64,000 nucleotides of DNA, taken from positions 27-64,026 of the forward strand of contig DAIDMK010000014.1 in NCBI GenBank assembly GCA_027449025.1, given 5' to 3'. The position numbers were made by a program, and so were the translations under genes. The notes under the pieces were generated by a model. It was not told where the DNA came from and made no database searches. It saw only the letters and a program-made list of their open reading frames with translations. Positions within the stretch are counted from its first letter, which is position 1. Each line of letters starts with the position of its first letter. This DNA is from Lutibacter sp. GTDB taxonomy: Bacteria > Bacteroidota > Bacteroidia > Flavobacteriales > Flavobacteriaceae. This document shows, piece after piece, positions 57,923 through 64,000 of this stretch.

Positions 57923-58427
57923 TTATATTTCTGGTGGAATAGCCTCTTCAAGTTGTTTTAATGCCAATAGTAAAGGGGAGTTATCCCAATAGCCAAATTC
58001 TTTAACTATTTTTCCATCAATAAACTGGGCAGTTAAATGAACAGGAATTTCATATAATTGGTTATTGGCTTTGAGTCTGCCTTGCCACAATCCCCAAAAA
58101 TTAACCCAAGTTTCTCCTTTATCTGTAACTACCATTTCATATTCCGATTCATCAGGAACATAATTATAAGAAGATAAAATTGCGATACCTTCTTTATTTA
58201 GAGCGATGCCCTGTGCTACTGTCAATGCATTTTTTTTCAGTAGTATTATATACAATTTTTGCAGTATCGGCATAATGAGTTGCATAAGATTCCCAGTTTC
58301 CCATCTCATAATCTTTCACAACCTGTTTGTATTTTGCTATTTCCGGTGAATTTTGAGTATAACGTACTTCGTATTTACAAGCTGTTACTGTAGTGATTGA
58401 AAGCAGAATGAGCATTATTTTTTTCAT
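57923..58427 (-). pseudogene. NTF2/SnoaL-like lipoprotein paralog split by a frameshift in an A8 run
   Basis: ORF 58194..58427 gives the lipobox VTAC and YTQNSPEIAKYK. ORF 57923..58309 gives ...SEYEMVVTDKGETWVNFWG...IPVHLTAQFIDGKIVKEFGYWDN. The frames join if the run at 58230-58237 is A7. Confidence 0.75.
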
Positions 58428-58529
58428 ATGTAAATATTTATTATTTTTTATTGGTCATATGTAATGCGCATATTTTCATAGGTGATTGTATCGTGTTTGC
58501 GTTATGCACATTTCATCATTTTGGTGTTT

Positions 58530-58567
58530 AAATTCGGGTACGACCATATCAAATCATACCCGAATTT
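58530..58567. other. Strong hairpin: 11-bp perfect stem with a 16-nt loop
   Basis: AAATTCGGGTA (58530-58540) pairs with TACCCGAATTT (58557-58567). It sits in the 165-bp gap inside the array, with no adjacent U-tract on either strand. Confidence 0.6.
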
Positions 58568-58592
58568 GGTTTAGCTAGTAGTGAATTGTTAA

Positions 58593-59354
58593 TTATTTTA
58601 ATGCTGAATATGATAAGTCATAACGCATGCCTCCAGTCTTGCTTTCATATTTATAAACATATTTAAACATGTCTTCAAAAAGCTTCTTTCCTTCCTCTCC
58701 TAATAAAGCATCATTTTCATCACTTTGTCTAGCATAGTCCTGAGCGTCCTTTGCCGATACCACCGCTAAATAATAATCACCCATAGTGCCAAATCCGGCG
58801 CGGTAAATTCTAAAGTATTCTTTAGCACCTTTTTTCTCATAAAGCGCTTTAAGTTCTTTTATTTTTCCTCTTAAATTTTGAACATTTTCTGGTGTTACGT
58901 ATAAAAAATGCCATTTGCGATAATTTTGTCCTTCAGTATTTATGGTTAGTCCATTTGGCATGTAGGAGAGTTCACTGTTTAAAATCACAATATAATCACC
59001 ATGTTTATCGTAACACTTGTTAAAGCGTTCAAAAATGGCTCTAAAGTTTTCATCTCCCATTTTTTCTGCCAATGGTGCCAAAGTATTTTTATCTAGATCT
59101 CCCATATTTTTGATTGGTGTAATACTTAAATAAGTTCCATCGTCTATTTGGGCAGTTGACCAATCAGCATCTTTTAAATTATGTTTTTTGCAGGCTGCAA
59201 TAAAGTCTTTACTAACTTTTTCATATTCGCCAGTCATTGACGGTTTTACTTGGTCTGCATGAATCCAAAAGGCTTGATTGCCTTGTGCATTTGAAATTGT
59301 TGGAACTAGCAATAATATTATTGCCAACAGCATTGTCATTTTTAATTTTTTCAT
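58593..59354 (-). CDS. Exported two-module alpha+beta protein (second member)
   Basis: Signal peptide ...TISNAQ. Module 1 is FWIHADQVKPSMTGEYEKVSKDFIAACKKH... and module 2 is WHFLYVTPENVQNLRGKIKELKALYEKKG.... Confidence 0.55.
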   Translation of the reverse strand: MKKLKMTMLLAIILLLVPTISNAQGNQAFWIHADQVKPSMTGEYEKVSKDFIAACKKHNLKDADWSTAQIDDGTYLSITPIKNMGDLDKNTLAPLAEKMGDENFRAIFERFNKCYDKHGDYIVILNSELSYMPNGLTINTEGQNYRKWHFLYVTPENVQNLRGKIKELKALYEKKGAKEYFRIYRAGFGTMGDYYLAVVSAKDAQDYARQSDENDALLGEEGKKLFEDMFKYVYKYESKTGGMRYDLSYSALK

Positions 59355-59367
59355 TATTGTTGTTTTT

Positions 59368-60090
59368 TTAATTACTTAATTCTGTATTTAGCAAGTACAA
59401 ATATGACCATGAACTTTTAACAGATGCAATGGCTTTTGCTCTCAAATTATCTGTTTTTTTCTTTCCATTTATATTTTCATATATTTTCCAAACACCATCT
59501 TTGGAAATATCTAAATCAGCATAACCTTTATACTGCATAGAAATCATATAATCAGGTGAATCAGGTCCACCTCCCATAAAATCATACCAAGTGCCTCGAG
59601 GCGTACCTTCTACTGTTCTAAGTGTAGATCCTATCTCTTTAATTACCTCTATAAAATCGTTGCTATTTTCTACGCTAAAAAAACTGACCCAAACCAATTT
59701 AGTACCTTCCGAAGGCTTTGTTTTACTAACTTCTGGCATGGTGCGGGCGATGTTATAATTTACTTTTTCAATGTGAGGCAAAACAAAATCAACCAGTTTC
59801 ATACGGCATTCTTTTCCGGCTTCATCTTCTTTGTCCATTTCAGCCCAGTTATCTATCATGCCTGTTAGTACATACATAATACCTTCTCCTTGTACACGTC
59901 TCCAAAAATTAAATTTGTCGGTCCCTTTTTTTTCCAGATAGCATTCTTTCCACAATTTTACACCTGCGATAAATTGAGATTCGTGACCAGATTTTACAGT
60001 AATTTCAGTCATGTTCAATAGCTTACTAACATCATTTTGTGAAATCGCCAACATTGGAATAAATACTGCCAGTAATAATATTTTTTTCAT
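59368..60090 (-). CDS. Exported two-module alpha+beta protein (third member)
   Basis: Signal peptide ...MLAISQ. Module 1 is MTEITVKSGHESQFIAGVKLWKECYLEK... and module 2 is LVWVSFFSVENSNDFIEVIKEIGSTL.... Confidence 0.55.
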   Translation of the reverse strand: MKKILLLAVFIPMLAISQNDVSKLLNMTEITVKSGHESQFIAGVKLWKECYLEKKGTDKFNFWRRVQGEGIMYVLTGMIDNWAEMDKEDEAGKECRMKLVDFVLPHIEKVNYNIARTMPEVSKTKPSEGTKLVWVSFFSVENSNDFIEVIKEIGSTLRTVEGTPRGTWYDFMGGGPDSPDYMISMQYKGYADLDISKDGVWKIYENINGKKKTDNLRAKAIASVKSSWSYLYLLNTELSN

Positions 60091-60120
60091 GATAATAAAT
60101 TTTTAGATAGTTGGTTGTTC

Positions 60121-60128
60121 CAAAATTA
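60121..60128 (-). promoter_or_regulatory. Candidate -7 box (minus-sense TAATTTTG) for the first gene of the array
   Basis: Matches TAnnTTTG and lies 31 nt upstream of the ATG at 60090. Confidence 0.35.
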
Positions 60129-60162
60129 AGCAGTGTAATTCAGAAAAATTTGCACATTTATT

Positions 60163-60200
60163 GCAAAAACATGGATTTTTACGGCAAAAATCAATGGATT
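60163..60200 (-). promoter_or_regulatory. Direct repeats (minus-sense AATCCAT-n-TTTTTGC, x2) with 21-23 bp period; candidate AraC-type HTCS binding site
   Basis: On the plus strand, GCAAAAACATGGATT lies at 60163-60177 and GCAAAAATCAATGGATT at 60184-60200. A third ATGGATT lies at 60232-60238. The repeats sit 35-75 nt upstream of the -7 box. Confidence 0.35.
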
Positions 60201-60242
60201 AACTAATTAAATAGCCATTTTGTACTTAATGATGGATTTGAG

Positions 60243-63200
60243 CTATGATAAATGAGATATGTTGTTCTTTTTGTAGGTAGATGGACTACAGCCAAATTGA
60301 TTTTTAAAAACTCTTGAAAAATAAGCTTGATCATTAAATCCTGTTTGAAAGCAAATATCTGCCAAACTTCCAGTGTTTAGCTTGATTAAATCTGCCGCAC
60401 GTTGCAGTCGAATATTACGAATTAATTGACCTGGCGCATGATCGATGAGCGCTTGAAGCTTTCTGTGTAACTGTGATGTACTTAAACACATTTCACTAGC
60501 GAGCAGCTCCACACTAAAATTTGTGTTTTCTATATTATCTTTTATATGTTGTATCGTTTTTTCTAAAAACTGTTGATCAACAGATCCCAACGGAATTTCT
60601 TCAGAAGAAACCACAAATTTATTTTGATATTTTTCGCGGAGTTGCGCTCTTTGCTGAATGAGATTATTGATAATAATTTGAAGTTCTTTTACACTAAAAG
60701 GTTTGGTTAAATACGCATCAATACCAGCTTCTAACCCAATCAATTTATCTTCAAGAGTTGCTTTGCCCGATAGAATAATAATAGGAATATGACTTGTTTT
60801 TTCATCATCCCTCAACATTTGCACCATTGAAACTCCATCAAGTTTTGGCATCATCACATCTGTAATAATTAAATCAGGAATAAACTTTTTGGCTTGTTCA
60901 ATCCCCTCTTCACCATTATTGGCTTCAATAATTCTATAAGTTGATTGCAATAAATCCTTTATAAAAGTTCTTATGGCCAAATTGTCTTCCACCAATACAA
61001 TAATCTTTTTGTCGAAGTTTATATCAGGAATTTTAAGTTTATTATTTTGATTAGATATAAGGTCATCAGAGGTCGGGTTTTCTATTTCGATTTTATTTTC
61101 AACGCTTTTTTCAGAAATAGAACCAATTGGAAGGTCAATTGAAATTGTTATTCCCTTTTGCCCTGTTAGCTCTTCATTTCTATAAGCCTTTACGGTTCCT
61201 TCATGCAATTTCACCAATTCTTTCACCAAAGCTAATCCTATACCAGTTCCCTCATACAATCGGGTGTCTGAATTGTCTGTTTGATAAAAACGGTCAAATA
61301 TGTATGGAATGGCATCCTTTTCAATGCCAATTCCGTTATCACAAATACAAATGGAAATATGTTTATTGGCTTTTTGTCGGATTGTTAAATTAATTTCTCC
61401 ACCCTTTGGTGTGAATTTTAACGCATTTGACATAATATTCATAACAATCCTTTCCATTTTTTCAGCGTCAAAGACAACTTGAATATCCTTCTCATCAGAA
61501 ATAAAATTGAGGGAAATTTTCCTTTTTTCAGTAAATGACTCCAAAGAAAAAAATAAATTTTTTAAGTAAAGAACAATATTTTGTTGAGAAAGTTTTAAAG
61601 CCATTTTTCCCGCTTCCAATTTAGAAATGTCCAAGAGTTCATTTATTAATTTTAAAAGTGTTTTTGCGTTATTATTAATGCCTGCTACTTGTTTTTTTGA
61701 ATAATTAGGTGGCAATCCTTCCATCAAATTTTCCGCATACCCGCTAATTAATGTTAAAGGCGTTCTAAATTCGTGAGAAATGTTGGTAAAAAAACGAGAT
61801 TTTAACTGATCAATGACCTTTAAAGTATTGTATTCTTTTTGTTCAAACTCAAGATTATTCTTCATTTCAATCCGTTTCATTTCATATCTCCTGACAAAAA
61901 ACATTAAGAGGACAAAAAGAAATAAATAACTAGAGTATGCCCACCAGGTCCCCGACCAATGTGGTAAAACCTGAATAGGAATTGAAATACTTTCCTCATT
62001 CCAAACACCATCATTATTGCTTCCTTTTACTTTTAAGGTATAATTTCCTGAAGGTAAATGCGTAAATGTAGCGGTTCTGGAATTATCTATATAAATCCAA
62101 TTTTCATTAAAATTTTCAAGCATATAAGCATATTTATTTTTGCCTGGTGAAGAAAAATCAAGTGCTGAAAATTCAAATATGATAATCTCGTCACGATGTG
62201 TAAAAGTGATTGCTTCATTTGGTTTAACAAGCAATTCTTTAACTTCAATTCCTTCATTATTTTTTTTATTCTGACTGTATACTTTTATCCCAGTGATACT
62301 TATTGGAGGTTGAAACGGATTGTCTTTAATTTGATCAGGAAAAAAATAGTTAAGACCATTTATACCGCCAAAAAATAATTCGCCTTTTGAACTTTTAAAA
62401 ACGGCACCAGTGTTAAATTCATTGCTTTGCAACCCATCATCCACATCATAATTTCTGAATTTTTTTGTTTTCAAGTTGTATTTTGAAATTCCTTTATTGG
62501 TGCTTAGCCATAAATTATCTTGCGAATCTGATGAAATTCCATAAATTAAATTGTTAGGGAGTCCATCATTTTTGGTGAAATGAGTGAACGACTGTTTGTT
62601 GGTATCAAATAAATTTAATCCACTAGAAGTGCCAATCCATAAAAAACCTTCAGGTTTTACAGGATCAGAAAATATGGCATTTACTTGATTGTTGCTTAAA
62701 CTGTTTGATATTTCGGGATTGTTTTGGTAACGGTAAAAAAGCTCCTTCTCTTTATCAAAAACCAGTAAACCATTTTTAGTTCCCAACCACAATTGATTTT
62801 TGTAATCTTCGTACACAGTACAGTATCCTATCGAATTATTTGTCGGATAATCGGGATATTGATATTGTTTAAATTTCCCCTTTTCCTGATCAACCATTTT
62901 GCCCAAAAAGTTATCTGTTACTATCCAAATGAAACCGTTCTTATCTTCAAAAACTGTTGCAACCCCTTTATGTGGAATTGTGCTAGGACTGATACTGTCA
63001 TATTTGAATTGTCGTGCTCTTTCAATTTTCGGATCATATACAAACAATCCTTCTGTTGAGGCAAACCACAATTTGCCGTTTTTGGATTTAATCATTGACC
63101 GTATACTTGTATTACCAAAGGCGTTCAAATTTGTTGAGTTTGTTTCAAAACTTTTAAGTTCGCCAGTTTTTCTATCCCACCGATAGAGAACTTCCGCACT

Positions 63201-63998
63201 AATCCAAACATATTGGTCACTTTCTTCTAAAATTGCACGAATGCTGAAACCTGTTACCCTTGAATTGATGGCAACTTTTCGTTTTAACAAGCCAAACCTA
63301 TTGGATTTTGAATCGTAATAATCAATTCCCATTCCGCTTGTACCAACCCATAATATATTTGTACGGTCAAAAAATAAACTTGAGATACTGTTATAGCTAA
63401 TCGATTCAGTCTTTAGCGGATCATTTTTAACAGATTCATATTTAAATGTTTTTAAGTCAAAACGCATCAACTCTCCGGGAGTTGCCAACCATAAACTACC
63501 ACGTTTGTCTTGCACAATTTCATTAATTTCTCCCCATCCATATCTAAAAATGCTCAAGTGATGCGGAAATACTTTGTATGATTTGTCGATGGTGTTAAAT
63601 TTAACCAATCCGCTTCGCGTGCCAAACCATAAATTATCATTGTCGGCTTTACTGATGGCAGAAATAGAAAAATCAGTATCACTTCTCGGCGCATTTGGGT
63701 GCTTTACATTAAAATAAAAAGAAGAAATTGTTGTTGTTTTGGGATCCATTCGGTTCAGTCCTTTATCGGTTCCAATCCAAATAGCTCCTTTTTCATCAAT
63801 AAGAATTTTTTTTATAATATTGCTACAGAGATTAAACTGCCCAGATTTATCATTATAGTACTGTTTTATTTTAGTTGAATCATATTGCTTGTTCAAAAAA
63901 GGGATTCTAAAAATGCCGCTTCCAATTGTTCCTATCCAAAAATCACCTGTTTTATCTTGAGCTATGGCATTAATTACATCAGTATTTTTACTTTTCAA
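60243..63998 (-). CDS. Hybrid two-component system sensor kinase/response regulator with AraC-type HTH output (HTCS); N-terminus lies outside the window
   Basis: Repeated beta-propeller sensor modules (WIGT..GL, LWLGT..GL motifs), a Y_Y_Y-like region, a TM segment (WWAYSSYLFLFVLLMFFV), the H-box SHEFRTPLT, an HATPase (GTGIGLALV), a REC domain (VLVEDN...ITDVMMPKLDG) and a C-terminal AraC HTH (FNDQAYFSRVFKNQFGCSPS). The ORF is still open at the window edge. Confidence 0.9.
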   Translation of the reverse strand: MKSKNTDVINAIAQDKTGDFWIGTIGSGIFRIPFLNKQYDSTKIKQYYNDKSGQFNLCSNIIKKILIDEKGAIWIGTDKGLNRMDPKTTTISSFYFNVKHPNAPRSDTDFSISAISKADNDNLWFGTRSGLVKFNTIDKSYKVFPHHLSIFRYGWGEINEIVQDKRGSLWLATPGELMRFDLKTFKYESVKNDPLKTESISYNSISSLFFDRTNILWVGTSGMGIDYYDSKSNRFGLLKRKVAINSRVTGFSIRAILEESDQYVWISAEVLYRWDRKTGELKSFETNSTNLNAFGNTSIRSMIKSKNGKLWFASTEGLFVYDPKIERARQFKYDSISPSTIPHKGVATVFEDKNGFIWIVTDNFLGKMVDQEKGKFKQYQYPDYPTNNSIGYCTVYEDYKNQLWLGTKNGLLVFDKEKELFYRYQNNPEISNSLSNNQVNAIFSDPVKPEGFLWIGTSSGLNLFDTNKQSFTHFTKNDGLPNNLIYGISSDSQDNLWLSTNKGISKYNLKTKKFRNYDVDDGLQSNEFNTGAVFKSSKGELFFGGINGLNYFFPDQIKDNPFQPPISITGIKVYSQNKKNNEGIEVKELLVKPNEAITFTHRDEIIIFEFSALDFSSPGKNKYAYMLENFNENWIYIDNSRTATFTHLPSGNYTLKVKGSNNDGVWNEESISIPIQVLPHWSGTWWAYSSYLFLFVLLMFFVRRYEMKRIEMKNNLEFEQKEYNTLKVIDQLKSRFFTNISHEFRTPLTLISGYAENLMEGLPPNYSKKQVAGINNNAKTLLKLINELLDISKLEAGKMALKLSQQNIVLYLKNLFFSLESFTEKRKISLNFISDEKDIQVVFDAEKMERIVMNIMSNALKFTPKGGEINLTIRQKANKHISICICDNGIGIEKDAIPYIFDRFYQTDNSDTRLYEGTGIGLALVKELVKLHEGTVKAYRNEELTGQKGITISIDLPIGSISEKSVENKIEIENPTSDDLISNQNNKLKIPDINFDKKIIVLVEDNLAIRTFIKDLLQSTYRIIEANNGEEGIEQAKKFIPDLIITDVMMPKLDGVSMVQMLRDDEKTSHIPIIILSGKATLEDKLIGLEAGIDAYLTKPFSVKELQIIINNLIQQRAQLREKYQNKFVVSSEEIPLGSVDQQFLEKTIQHIKDNIENTNFSVELLASEMCLSTSQLHRKLQALIDHAPGQLIRNIRLQRAADLIKLNTGSLADICFQTGFNDQAYFSRVFKNQFGCSPSTYKKNNISHLS

Positions 63999-64000
63999 AT

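Overview
AT-rich, tightly packed bacterial chromosome segment. It looks like Bacteroidota/Flavobacteriia: a hybrid two-component sensor with an AraC-type output, DUF1573, a long NusB, a fused E1 alpha/beta dehydrogenase, TAnnTTTG -7 boxes, no Shine-Dalgarno sequences, and many MKK... lipoprotein or Sec signal peptides. I support about 65 protein-coding genes. I found no rRNA, tRNA, CRISPR array, transposase, integrase or phage genes. Most of the window is housekeeping: hisS, folE, kdsB, nadC, rlmH, rdgB, holA, tsaC, coaE, yajC, nusB, trxA, an ABC-F protein and several peptidases. Three parts look accessory. (1) 14.4-19.8 kb is a redox/detox islet with an HxlR regulator, an MDR oxidoreductase, an unusual Grx-Grx-TrxR fusion, methyltransferases and a PEBP protein, next to a 490-bp ORF-free hairpin-rich spacer. 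(2) 19.8-26.5 kb is a TolC / MacA / MacB-type efflux operon carrying its own LytS-like kinase and LytTR regulator. (3) 52.7-64 kb is a hybrid two-component regulator (HTCS) followed on the same strand by ten small genes, nine of them exported: four NTF2/SnoaL-like, three two-module alpha+beta proteins, a cupin, a monoheme cytochrome c and one cytoplasmic SDR. No SusC/SusD pair or glycoside hydrolase is visible. Part (3) is my best candidate for an undescribed system, but the case rests on fold-level inference only. Other points of interest are two tandem MITE-like units (8.3-8.8 kb), a near-perfect 89-bp tandem duplication covering the ybbR start codon (45.2 kb), palindromic -7-box/operator motifs around an XRE regulator (3.0-3.3 kb), and three homopolymer-associated frameshifts. 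All family assignments come from motifs read by eye in the supplied translations. No HMM, BLAST or RNA-folding computation was run.
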